Source of the DNA: an uncultured Ruminococcus sp.
Lineage (GTDB): Bacteria; Bacillota; Clostridia; Oscillospirales; Acutalibacteraceae
Reading direction: 5' to 3'
Length of the DNA stretch: 64,000 nt
Assembly (NCBI GenBank): GCA_905233755.1
Contig: CAJODM010000010.1
Span: 18,823 to 82,822 of the forward strand
The notes under the pieces are model-generated. The model ran no database searches. It had not been told where the DNA came from and saw only the letters and a program-made list of their open reading frames with translations. A program made the position numbers and the translations under genes. How positions within the stretch are numbered: the stretch's first letter is position 1; each line of letters opens with the position of its first letter. This document shows positions 1 through 8,735 of this stretch, piece by piece.

Positions 1-1608
1 TCGGTCTGTCCGGTCATCGTCCCCTATATCGAGGACGGCAAGGCGGAGACCTATATCAACCTGCTCGAGTATAAGGCATACAAGTATGACGCGAAGGGCA
101 ACGCCGCCCCTACCCCGATCGTCCCCGAGATGGGCGACCGGCTCGAGGGTCTGCGCGAGGCGATCAAGGAAGCCGTCGCCGAGACCTCTGAGGAGCTCAT
201 GGAGAAGTTCTTCATGGAGGAGGAGTTCACCCCCGAGGAGATCATCACCGGCGTCAGCCAGGGCGTCAAGGACGGCTCGCTGTGCCCCGTGTTCTGCGGC
301 GACGCGCTGTCCACCTTTGGCATCGACCAGTTCATGAGCAGTCTGACGTGGCTTGCGCCGTCTGCCGAAGTCAAGGGCGCCGAGACCGCTGTCGATGTCA
401 ACGGCGATCCGGTGGATATCGCTGTCAACGAGGCGGGCGCTACCGCCGCTGTGATCTTCAAGACTGTTGCCGACCCGTTTGTCGGCAAGCTCAGCTACTT
501 CAAGGTCGTATCGGGCAAGGTCTCGACCGAGACCCCGCTTTTGAATATGCGCACCGGTAACCAGGAGCGCATCACCAAGGTGCTCACTGTCCGCGGAAAG
601 AAGCAGGAGGACAGCTCTGCGGTTGTCGCCGGCGATATCGGCGCGATCCCGAAGCTCACCGCCGCCAACACCGGCGATACCCTGTGCTCGCCGACCCGCC
701 GCGTCGTGCTCAAAGGTATCGACTATCCCGCGCCGTCGTACTCGATGGCGATGTTCCCCAAGAAGAAGGGCGAAGAGGACAAGGTCGCTCAGGGGCTTGC
801 GCGGCTCTCTGAGGAAGACCCCACCATCAAGTATGTCAACAACCCCGAGACCAAGGAGCTGGTCGTATCCGGTATGGGCGAGCAGCACCTCGACGTCGTC
901 GTCTCTAAGCTGAAGGCGAAGTTCAACGTGGATGTTGAGCTCGAGCAGCCCAAGGTCGCCTATCGCGAGACCATCCGCGGCCGCAGCGACGTCCAGGGCC
1001 GCCACAAGAAGCAGTCCGGCGGTTCCGGCCAGTTCGGCGATGTGTTCGTCAAGTTCGAACCGTGTGACGCAGACGGGCTTGAGTTCGAGATCGCCGTTGT
1101 CGGCGGCTCGGTCCCGAAGCAGTTCTTCCCGGCTGTCGAGAAGGGGCTGCGCGAGTCCATGAAGCACGGCCCGCTCGCCGGTTATCCGGTCGTCGGTGTC
1201 AAAGCGACGCTCTATGACGGGTCTTATCACCCCGTCGACTCGAACGAAATGGCGTTCAAGCTCGCCGCCCAGATCGCGTTCAAGAACGGTATCCCGCAGG
1301 CAAAGCCCGCCCTGCTCGAGCCCATCGGCTCGCTCAAGGCGATCGTGCCCGACGCCAACATGGGCGATATCATGGGCGAGGTCAACAAGCGTCGCGGCCG
1401 TGTGCTGGGCATGAACGTCGCCGAGAACGGCAACCAGGTCGTCGAGGCAGAGGTCCCGATGGCTGAGATGGCCGACTTCTCCATCTATATGCGTCAGGTG
1501 ACCCAGGGACGCGGCACCTTCAGCTTCACCTTTGAGCGCTATGAGGATGCCCCCGGGCAGGTCGCTCAGAAGGTGATCGAGGCCGCCAAGGCAGCCCAAG
1601 ACGACTGA
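1..1608 (+). CDS. fusA: Elongation factor G paralogue (EF-G2/FusA2-like), 5'-truncated by window edge
   Basis: Frame is open from base 1; EF-G domain II-V motifs (DPFVGKLSYFKV, GMGEQHL, KVAYRETI, KKQSGGSGQFGDV, DGSYHPVDS, EPIGSL); not in an rpsL-rpsG-tuf context. Confidence 0.9.
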   Translation, partial: SVCPVIVPYIEDGKAETYINLLEYKAYKYDAKGNAAPTPIVPEMGDRLEGLREAIKEAVAETSEELMEKFFMEEEFTPEEIITGVSQGVKDGSLCPVFCGDALSTFGIDQFMSSLTWLAPSAEVKGAETAVDVNGDPVDIAVNEAGATAAVIFKTVADPFVGKLSYFKVVSGKVSTETPLLNMRTGNQERITKVLTVRGKKQEDSSAVVAGDIGAIPKLTAANTGDTLCSPTRRVVLKGIDYPAPSYSMAMFPKKKGEEDKVAQGLARLSEEDPTIKYVNNPETKELVVSGMGEQHLDVVVSKLKAKFNVDVELEQPKVAYRETIRGRSDVQGRHKKQSGGSGQFGDVFVKFEPCDADGLEFEIAVVGGSVPKQFFPAVEKGLRESMKHGPLAGYPVVGVKATLYDGSYHPVDSNEMAFKLAAQIAFKNGIPQAKPALLEPIGSLKAIVPDANMGDIMGEVNKRRGRVLGMNVAENGNQVVEAEVPMAEMADFSIYMRQVTQGRGTFSFTFERYEDAPGQVAQKVIEAAKAAQDD

Positions 1609-1627
1609 TAAACTGATAAGTGTACGA

Positions 1628-1660
1628 CGGGGCTATCGCTGCATCTATGCGATAGCCCCG
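1628..1660 (+). terminator. Hairpin after EF-G paralogue
   Basis: 12-bp perfect inverted repeat CGGGGCTATCGC/GCGATAGCCCCG; weak U-tract. Confidence 0.65.
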
Positions 1661-1717
1661 CGTGCTGTTATTCTATGCGGACATTCTGTCCGTGCGGGAT
1701 GACAGTTTTATTTTTTG

Positions 1718-1842
1718 GGAATGGGTGCAGCATCATGCTGGGTTACTATATAGGATATTGATCCGGTATAGCCCCGCCGTTATGCGACAGGTACGGTCAG
1801 CACGATGGTATCAAAAGGCGGATTGGGTGCAGCATCATGCTG
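1718..1842. repeat. Two 23-bp direct repeats (1718-1740, 1820-1842) containing palindrome CAGCAT-C-ATGCTG
   Basis: GGA(A/T)TGGGTGCAGCATCATGCTG twice, 22/23 identical, 102 bp apart. Confidence 0.85.
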
Positions 1843-1846
1843 CCGG

Positions 1847-1875
1847 GAATGTTTTGTACCCATGCGGCATATACT
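1847..1875 (+). promoter_or_regulatory. Possible sigmaE-type sporulation promoter of pdaB
   Basis: GAATGTT-N14-CATATACT resembles the sigmaE consensus; pdaB is sigmaE-dependent in B. subtilis. Confidence 0.35.
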
Positions 1876-1889
1876 GTAGCGGTGATGGG

Positions 1890-2678
1890 ATGCAATTCTT
1901 GATTTTGACCAAGCGGCGGCTGCTCGTGCTGTTCTCGTGCGTGCTGATCGGTGCGCTGATGCTGACGGTGGCGGGTTCGACCGCGTCCAAGGTGGTGTCC
2001 ACCATCAGTGAGGAGCGGCGCATCCCGATCTACTATGTCGATACCGAAGAGAAGGTGTGCGCGCTGTCGTTCGACGCCGCATGGGGGAACGAGTCGACCG
2101 ATGCCCTCCTCGATATCCTTGACGAGTATGAGGTGAAGTCTACCTTCTTCCTGGTGGCGTCGTGGGTCGAGAACTACCCCGACTCGGTGAAGGAGATCGC
2201 CGCTCGCGGGCACGATATCGGCAACCACAGCGCCACCCATCCGCATATGTCAGAGCTCTCTGCCGACGGGATCCGCACCGAGATCGACACCTGTAACGAG
2301 CGGGTAAAGGAGCTCATCGGCAACTCCCCGACCCTCTTTCGGGCGCCCTACGGCGAGTATAACAACACGGTCGTCGAGACGGTGTGCGACCAATGCGGGA
2401 TGTACTGTGTCCAGTGGAACATCGACTCGCTGGACTGGAAGGACCCCACGCCCGACGAGATGGTCGCGCGCATCGGCGAGAACCTCTGTCCCGGGTCCAT
2501 CATCCTGCTGCACAACGGCGCGACCAATACCCCCGACGCGCTGCCGAAGATCATCGAGACGATCCGCGATCAGGGATATCGGATTGTGCCGATCAGCGAG
2601 CTGCTGCCCGACGGCGACTATACCACCGATCACGAGGGAAAGATGATAGTAGCTGATACTGATACTACGTTTCATTAA
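1890..2678 (+). CDS. pdaB: Polysaccharide deacetylase, PdaB-like (CE4)
   Basis: N-terminal TM anchor; ALSFDAAWG, GNHSATHPHM, FRAPYGEY, WNIDSLDW, IILLHN; start taken at ATG 1890 rather than ORF-track 1662. Confidence 0.85.
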   Translation: MQFLILTKRRLLVLFSCVLIGALMLTVAGSTASKVVSTISEERRIPIYYVDTEEKVCALSFDAAWGNESTDALLDILDEYEVKSTFFLVASWVENYPDSVKEIAARGHDIGNHSATHPHMSELSADGIRTEIDTCNERVKELIGNSPTLFRAPYGEYNNTVVETVCDQCGMYCVQWNIDSLDWKDPTPDEMVARIGENLCPGSIILLHNGATNTPDALPKIIETIRDQGYRIVPISELLPDGDYTTDHEGKMIVADTDTTFH

Positions 2679-2820
2679 AACACTTTAACATTTATTGCGT
2701 TATATTCCGCATAGCTGTGTTGTCCTCCTTGACAGGCGCCAGCCTGCCTGCGTCGTCCGCCTTGCTCTGCGAAATATCCCGCTAAAAAATTTGTTTAAGC
2801 GTTTAATGGAAACTTAGTAT
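2662..2820. other. Rod-shaped long imperfect hairpin, copy A of an apical-motif family
   Basis: ATACTA/TAGTAT ends; 2697-2715 pairs with 2764-2782; apex CAGGC-GCCA-GCCTG in 19-mer 2733-2751. Confidence 0.75.
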
Positions 2821-2870
2821 GAATAAATAAACAGGAGCGCTTATGCTAAACTTTGCATAAGCGCTCCTGT
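2821..2870 (-). terminator. Intrinsic terminator between convergent genes
   Basis: 16-bp perfect inverted repeat ACAGGAGCGCTTATGC/GCATAAGCGCTCCTGT, with a T-rich tail on the minus strand. Confidence 0.85.
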
Positions 2871-2900
2871 ACGTTATCCTGTATATCGGCGGCAGCACCG

Positions 2901-5228
2901 TCAGTCGTAGCGGTACGCGATGACGGTGTACTTGCCGCTGCTGTTCTTCTCATACGGATAGTAGCCGAACCCGTCCTCGAGCGTCGGCACATCCACCGTC
3001 TGGTTCGTGCCGTCCGAGAACACCGCCTGGCTGTCGGCGGGGATGGTCGCGCGATAGATGCCCTTTGAAGAGGAGGAGTAGCGGACAAAGGTCATCTTTG
3101 TCCCCGGCCATCCGTTGTTCCCCGTGCTGTTCCAGTAGTAGAGGTACACGTTCGACCAGCCCTTGGTGTTAGTGAAGTACACGTCGATCGTGTCGTCGGG
3201 ATCGTCGAACCACATCCGGTTCCATATCGACGACGAGACCAGGAAGGGCGAAGTAGTCGAGACGGGGTAGTAGACCATGCCGGACTTCTTGCCGAGCGGG
3301 ATATCGGCGGTCTTGTGGTTATCGGTGCCGTCGTTGAACACGATACGGTCGTACTTCTTCGCGTCTACCGTCACCGCATAGACGTTCTGCGAGAGCGAGT
3401 TGCGATAGACCCACGTCGCCTGCTGCCCCGGCCACGCCTCGAGATAGTCGCCGGTGCGGCTGTTCCACACATAGGCATGGAGGTTGCCCATCCCCGTGAC
3501 ATCCGAGAAGTAGACGGTGTTCATCGCGATGCTCTCGCGCAAGGCGCCGAACGCATCATTCGCCGCCGCGGTGTCGCCGCCGCTTAGGTACGCTGACTTG
3601 AGCGCGGTATAGGCGGGATAGGAGGCATACTGGCTGTAGGCGTCGAGGATATCCTTTGCCGTCTCGTCGGTGGAGCTTGCCGAAGTCGACGCGATCTCGG
3701 CCGGGAACCGGCTGATAAAGTGCGCCAGATACCGCTGGATGGTGGTTGCGTCCGAGATCGTCAGCTCATCGTCGCCGTTGACCATGCCCGCCTTCTGCCG
3801 GATCTCGGGCAGCGTCGTCAGATGCGCTAAGTGCCGCTGGATCGTGGTAGCGTCCATAATATCGACGATCCCGTCCCCGTTCGCATCACCGAGGAGGACA
3901 GGGGGGTCCTCCTGTGAGGGCTCGCCGAAGATATAGCTGTAGGCGGGATAGACCTTGTCGTGATAGAGGTTGGTCGCCTCGAACACGACCGCATCCGCAT
4001 AGGCGGCAACCATATATCCCTGTGTCGCGTCATCATAGAAGGTGCGATCGAGCGTGCGTTCCCCCTCGCTGTCATAGGACAGGCGGGTGGTGCCGGCGAC
4101 CGAGGGGATATGGAGCATATGGCAGGACGTGCCGTCCATATCGGAGTAGTTCACATCATCCTGAAAGTCAACATGCGTATGCCCCGACAGCCAGATGACG
4201 TCGCGGTATCGCTCCAGCAGCTCCCTAAACCGCGTGTTGCAGGGGAACGCGTCGCCCGTGATCATCGACCCGCCATACGCGGGATCGTCAGGATCGTCGC
4301 CCGCGCCGTAGCCACGGATCGGCGAGTGCTGGATCAGAAAGACGCGCCGCCCGTCGCCCTCATACTGCTCTAGCAGTCCCTCGACCCAGTCGAGCTGCTC
4401 GGTTGAGAAGTTGTCGACCAGCGCGGGGTCATAGCCGTTCTCCAGCGCCATGAAGAGGAAGTGGTCGCCGGATACCGGCTCGGTCAGCTCATAGTACGGC
4501 TTGCCGGCAGCGACCGTCTCGGCGTCGCCGGAAAGACCGGTGTTGACGATGAACTCCTCGATCCCGCACACGGGATCGCACGATGTGTACTTTGAGAACC
4601 GCATCTCGTGGTTGCCGATGGCCTCATAGATCGCGCCGGCATAGTCGGACGCGGCAATGATCCGCTGGTACTCGAGCCATTCGAGCGTCGCGCCCGAGGC
4701 GTTCGTGATCATATCGCCCGCCGTCACGACAAAGTCGACGTCGTGCTCAGCGGATCGCTGCAGCGAAAGCGCAAAGTGATCGGATGCGTTCGTATAGTAG
4801 GTGCTCGCTCCGGCGTCCTGCTCGTCGATATGGATGTCCGACAGCGCAGCAAAGCGGTACTGCACCTCGCCCGTCAGCCGCCGCTCTGTCGGCAGGCGGT
4901 AGTCGGCGATCACGCTGTCCTGTTGCAGCAGCAGTCGGTCGGCGCCGGCAGGGATCGCGACATGGGGTGCGACGGTATAGTCGGTGCGCACGCCCTCTTC
5001 GAGCGTCAGCTCACAGAGCGGATAGTATCCGTCGAGCGCGCCGTTCTCGTCGCCCCAGCACAGCCGGTAGTCGCCGTCGGACGGTGCCGTTATGCTGATC
5101 GTGCCCTCGGCATAGCCCGGGATGGTTGTCGAGAACGTATATTCAACTGTCGAAGCGGCTGTGGCCATCCCGACGCTCCCCGGTATCAATAGTATCATCA
5201 TCAGCAGAAGCGCTATCGTTCGTCTCAT
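2901..5228 (-). CDS. Secreted calcineurin-like metallophosphoesterase with dockerin and two CBM26-like starch-binding modules
   Basis: Signal peptide; SDIH, GDMI, GNHE, QHSP, SGHTH motifs; duplicated dockerin GDANGDGIVDIMDATTIQRHLA / NGDDELTISDATTIQRYLA; two VYF...Y.W...WPG modules. Confidence 0.8.
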   Translation of the reverse strand: MRRTIALLLMMILLIPGSVGMATAASTVEYTFSTTIPGYAEGTISITAPSDGDYRLCWGDENGALDGYYPLCELTLEEGVRTDYTVAPHVAIPAGADRLLLQQDSVIADYRLPTERRLTGEVQYRFAALSDIHIDEQDAGASTYYTNASDHFALSLQRSAEHDVDFVVTAGDMITNASGATLEWLEYQRIIAASDYAGAIYEAIGNHEMRFSKYTSCDPVCGIEEFIVNTGLSGDAETVAAGKPYYELTEPVSGDHFLFMALENGYDPALVDNFSTEQLDWVEGLLEQYEGDGRRVFLIQHSPIRGYGAGDDPDDPAYGGSMITGDAFPCNTRFRELLERYRDVIWLSGHTHVDFQDDVNYSDMDGTSCHMLHIPSVAGTTRLSYDSEGERTLDRTFYDDATQGYMVAAYADAVVFEATNLYHDKVYPAYSYIFGEPSQEDPPVLLGDANGDGIVDIMDATTIQRHLAHLTTLPEIRQKAGMVNGDDELTISDATTIQRYLAHFISRFPAEIASTSASSTDETAKDILDAYSQYASYPAYTALKSAYLSGGDTAAANDAFGALRESIAMNTVYFSDVTGMGNLHAYVWNSRTGDYLEAWPGQQATWVYRNSLSQNVYAVTVDAKKYDRIVFNDGTDNHKTADIPLGKKSGMVYYPVSTTSPFLVSSSIWNRMWFDDPDDTIDVYFTNTKGWSNVYLYYWNSTGNNGWPGTKMTFVRYSSSSKGIYRATIPADSQAVFSDGTNQTVDVPTLEDGFGYYPYEKNSSGKYTVIAYRYD

Positions 5229-5361
5229 GATATCACCTCAGTATCGTTATAACATGCTTAGCCGTCGCTGTCAAGCGACAACGGCAGGGGGCTGCCGCAC
5301 GGATGCGACAGCCCCCTTGGAAAGAAAGGTAAATCTAAAAACGGAAAGATTCCCTCAGATA

Positions 5362-6513
5362 TCAGTCATAGTCCGCGCATACCGGAGCGGACGCCTTCGC
5401 GGATGCCTCGTCATACCAGATGAGGTTGTTGCCGGTATCCTCGTCGAACAGCTGGATGAGCTCGGGCATGACGTTGAACTTGACGACCTTGCCCATCGAG
5501 ACATCGGCATCGAGACCGACGGTCGGGATAACCATGACGACATCATCGTCGCCGGACTTGGCGTGGATGTTGTACTCGGTACCCATCATCTCGCTGACCT
5601 CGATCTTTGCCGAGAGCTTGCCGTCGCCGACGGTGATGTGCTGCGGACGAACGCCGGCGGTGATGGTGACGGGCTTCTGACCCTTCGACTTGAGCGCCTT
5701 CTGCTGGAACTCGCTGAGCTCGAACTTCTCGCCGCGGATCTCGGCATAGTAGACGTCCTTCTCGAGCAGCAGCTTGCTGCCCTTGAAGAAGTTCATCACC
5801 GGCATCCCGATGAATCCGGCGACAAAGAGGTTCACCGGCTTGTTGAACAGCTCCTGCGGGGTGCCGATCTGGTTGACATAGCCGTCCTTCATGATAACGA
5901 TACGGTCGGCGAGCGTCATCGCCTCGGTCTGGTCATGGGTAACATACATGAAGGTGGTGTCGATACGCTGACGCAGCTTGATGATCTCGGCGCGCATCTC
6001 GTTGCGCAGCTTTGCGTCAAGGTTAGAGAGCGGCTCATCCATCAAAAAGACCTTGGGGTTGCGGACCATCGCGCGTCCGATAGCGACACGCTGGCGCTGA
6101 CCGCCGGAGAGCGCCTTGGGCTTGCGGTCAAGGTACTGGGTGATGCCCAGGATGTTGGCGACCTCCTTGACCTTCTCGTCGATCTGTGCCTTGGGGGTTC
6201 TCTTGAGCTTGAGGGCGAACGCCATGTTGTCGCGAACCGTCATATGCGGATAGAGCGCATAGTTCTGGAACACCATCGCAATGTCTCTGTCCTTGGGGAC
6301 GATGTCGTTCATCAGGCTGCCGTCGATGTACAGCTCGCCTTCGCTGATGTCCTCAAGCCCCGCGACCATGCGCAGAGTGGTGGACTTTCCGCATCCGGAC
6401 GGGCCGACCAGCACGATAAATTCCTTATCAGCGATGGTCAGGTTGACGTCGTGAACGGCAGTGACCTTGTTGTCATAGATTTTCTTGATTCCCTTTAAGA
6501 TGACTTCGGACAT
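5362..6513 (-). CDS. msmX: Carbohydrate ABC transporter ATPase (MsmX/UgpC/MsiK type)
   Basis: GPSGCGKST, LSGGQRQR, FLMDEPLSNLDA, YVTHDQ; start at MSEVILK. Confidence 0.92.
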   Translation of the reverse strand: MSEVILKGIKKIYDNKVTAVHDVNLTIADKEFIVLVGPSGCGKSTTLRMVAGLEDISEGELYIDGSLMNDIVPKDRDIAMVFQNYALYPHMTVRDNMAFALKLKRTPKAQIDEKVKEVANILGITQYLDRKPKALSGGQRQRVAIGRAMVRNPKVFLMDEPLSNLDAKLRNEMRAEIIKLRQRIDTTFMYVTHDQTEAMTLADRIVIMKDGYVNQIGTPQELFNKPVNLFVAGFIGMPVMNFFKGSKLLLEKDVYYAEIRGEKFELSEFQQKALKSKGQKPVTITAGVRPQHITVGDGKLSAKIEVSEMMGTEYNIHAKSGDDDVVMVIPTVGLDADVSMGKVVKFNVMPELIQLFDEDTGNNLIWYDEASAKASAPVCADYD

Positions 6514-6730
6514 AGAACCGACTCTGACGATACGACCTCCGTCATATCGCCTCGCGGGCAAGCGCATCACAGGAGCACCGACGAGTAGAATCGGTCAAAC
6601 AGGACCGTTCCGTTCTCATGCGGCGGCTCCTCCCTGTCGCCCAAGGGCGGGGGATAGATGGGATGCTCCGCATTACGACAGGTCTCCACGCTGCCGCACC
6701 GCGAGTCACGCGGACTGATACAACCTCCTT
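6514..6730 (-). promoter_or_regulatory. Structured putative 5' leader of msmX
   Basis: Several stems on the minus strand; the only nearby GGAGG lies partly in a hairpin loop (6528-6549), 22 nt from the ATG. Confidence 0.35.
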
Positions 6731-7312
6731 CTGAATGTACGCCGCCCATAGTGTGGAGTGGACAGACGCCATGAGAATAGAATATTCTGCCAGATATACT
6801 ATCTGACATTTTCCAGTGTAACGGAAAACACGCCGAAATAGTATAGTTATATGTCACGAAAATATGCAAAAATGTTGGAATTTCTCAAAAAAGAAATATA
6901 ATAATTTTGTCCGCCCACCTGTCGGCGGAGTGTTCCTTTAGCTATTTAAAGCGCAGAATCGGCTTATTTACTGGATTTTCGTGCATAATTCGCCTGCGGA
7001 ATTATGCTGACTTTACCCTGCCAATTGGGTTGGTTGGTCATTTTCACCAATCATTTCCACGGGGAAATAGTACAAAGGAGATCCATAATGTGAGCACTTT
7101 CTGTGAAATATGCAGACAAATCGTCCCGTCAAAACCACGAAAATAGAAAGAAAACAGGAAGAATCAGCCAACAATCCAACATAATTCTATGTTATCTTAT
7201 CATTTTGCTATAGTAAAATGTTGACTGGAGGAGTAGAATAAATGTGTAAACGCATATGAGGTTGTGACCTTTGTGCAAAATTACAACAATTTTATTTTAG
7301 GAGGAAAAACGA

Positions 7313-8629
7313 ATGAAAAGAATTGTAGCACTTGTTCTGGCGCTCCTCATGGTAGCGACGGTATTGGCGGCGTGCGGCGGCAACTCTGACAGCGGCAGCT
7401 CCGACAGCGGCAAGACCACCGATTCGATCACCGTGAACATCTGGGATTCCAACCAGCAGGCGGGCATCCAGGAGATCGCCGATGACTGGTCTGCCACATC
7501 CGGCATCAAGGTCAGCGTCGAAGTCGTCGACTGGGACAACTACTGGACCCTGCTCGAGGCGGGCGCTTCGGGCGGTACCATGCCCGACGTGTTCTGGATG
7601 CATTCCAACACCGCTCAGATGTACATGGAGAACGACATCCTTCTCAAGCTCAACGACTATGTTGACGCCGACGATGCGATTGACCTGAGCAAATACTATG
7701 AGGGCGTTCGCGACCTGTACACCCGTGACGACGGCGGCATCTATGCGCTGCCGAAGGATCACGACACCATCGCGCTGCTGTACAACAAGGCGATCTTTGA
7801 CGAGTACAATGTCGAGTATCCCACCGATGAGTGGACCTGGGACGACATGTATGAGGCCGCCAAGGCGATCACCGAGGGTTCGAACGGCGACGTCTATGGT
7901 ATGGCGATGAACACCTCCAACAACCAGGACGGCTGGTACAACCTCGTCTATGATTACGGCGCAGAGATTATCAACGAAACCCACGACGGCACCACCATCG
8001 GCTCCGACGAGGGCAAGGCGGGCATGGAGATGGTCCGTAAGCTCCTGACCGTCGGCGCTCCCCAGTCGGTTGTTGCCGAGACCGGCACCGACTCGCTGTT
8101 CCAGTCCGCCAAGACTGCGATGATCACACAGGGCTCCTGGATGATCAACGCGTTCTACACCGCCGAGAACCACGACGACTATGCATGGGCGCTGCTGCCC
8201 TATGCCGACGTCAACGGCAACGGCACCTGCGATGACGGCGAGCGTTACTCCGCATACAACGGCCTTGGTTGGGCTGCTTCTGCGGCGACCGCCGATCCCG
8301 CCTCCTGCTACAGTCTGATCTCCTACTTCTGCTCCGAAGAGGGTCAGCTCAAGCAGTCTGAGCTCGGCGTTACCATGGGCGGTATGGAAGGCGTTTCCGA
8401 TGCGTTCGCGAATGCGTTCCCCGGCATGGATATCACTCCGTTCCTCGAGGCCGAGAACTACAACCTGTTCTTCCGCCCCTACACCCGCAACACCACCGTC
8501 TGGGAGGATGCGCTGCAGCAGGCAGGCGCCTTCCTCGATCCGTGGCAGAACCCCGATGATCCCGAGCTGATGGCGACCGCGTGCGAGAACGCGCAGAAGA
8601 TCATTGAGGACGCGATCGCGGCCGAATAA
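7313..8629 (+). CDS. Sugar ABC transporter substrate-binding lipoprotein
   Basis: Lipobox LAAC; YNKAIFD, AMITQGSW SBP family-1 motifs. Confidence 0.92.
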   Translation: MKRIVALVLALLMVATVLAACGGNSDSGSSDSGKTTDSITVNIWDSNQQAGIQEIADDWSATSGIKVSVEVVDWDNYWTLLEAGASGGTMPDVFWMHSNTAQMYMENDILLKLNDYVDADDAIDLSKYYEGVRDLYTRDDGGIYALPKDHDTIALLYNKAIFDEYNVEYPTDEWTWDDMYEAAKAITEGSNGDVYGMAMNTSNNQDGWYNLVYDYGAEIINETHDGTTIGSDEGKAGMEMVRKLLTVGAPQSVVAETGTDSLFQSAKTAMITQGSWMINAFYTAENHDDYAWALLPYADVNGNGTCDDGERYSAYNGLGWAASAATADPASCYSLISYFCSEEGQLKQSELGVTMGGMEGVSDAFANAFPGMDITPFLEAENYNLFFRPYTRNTTVWEDALQQAGAFLDPWQNPDDPELMATACENAQKIIEDAIAAE

Positions 8630-8735
8630 CAAAAGTTACCTTCCGGTAGCATCACACTGATATCGCTTCGCTCGTCTGTGCTTCGGCACAGACGGGCGAC
8701 AGCCGTAAAAAATCCAGAGTAAGAGGAGGGGACTT

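Noticed and set aside
1718-1842. Mini-CRISPR
   Set aside because: Only two repeats with a 79-bp gap; no cas genes
1662-1889. N-terminal extension of pdaB in the ORF track
   Set aside because: Non-protein-like sequence covering repeats and the putative promoter; homologue-like sequence starts at ATG 1890
6567-6869. 100-aa ORF upstream of msmX
   Set aside because: No RBS at a plausible start, no recognisable domain, and it overlaps the AT-rich promoter region
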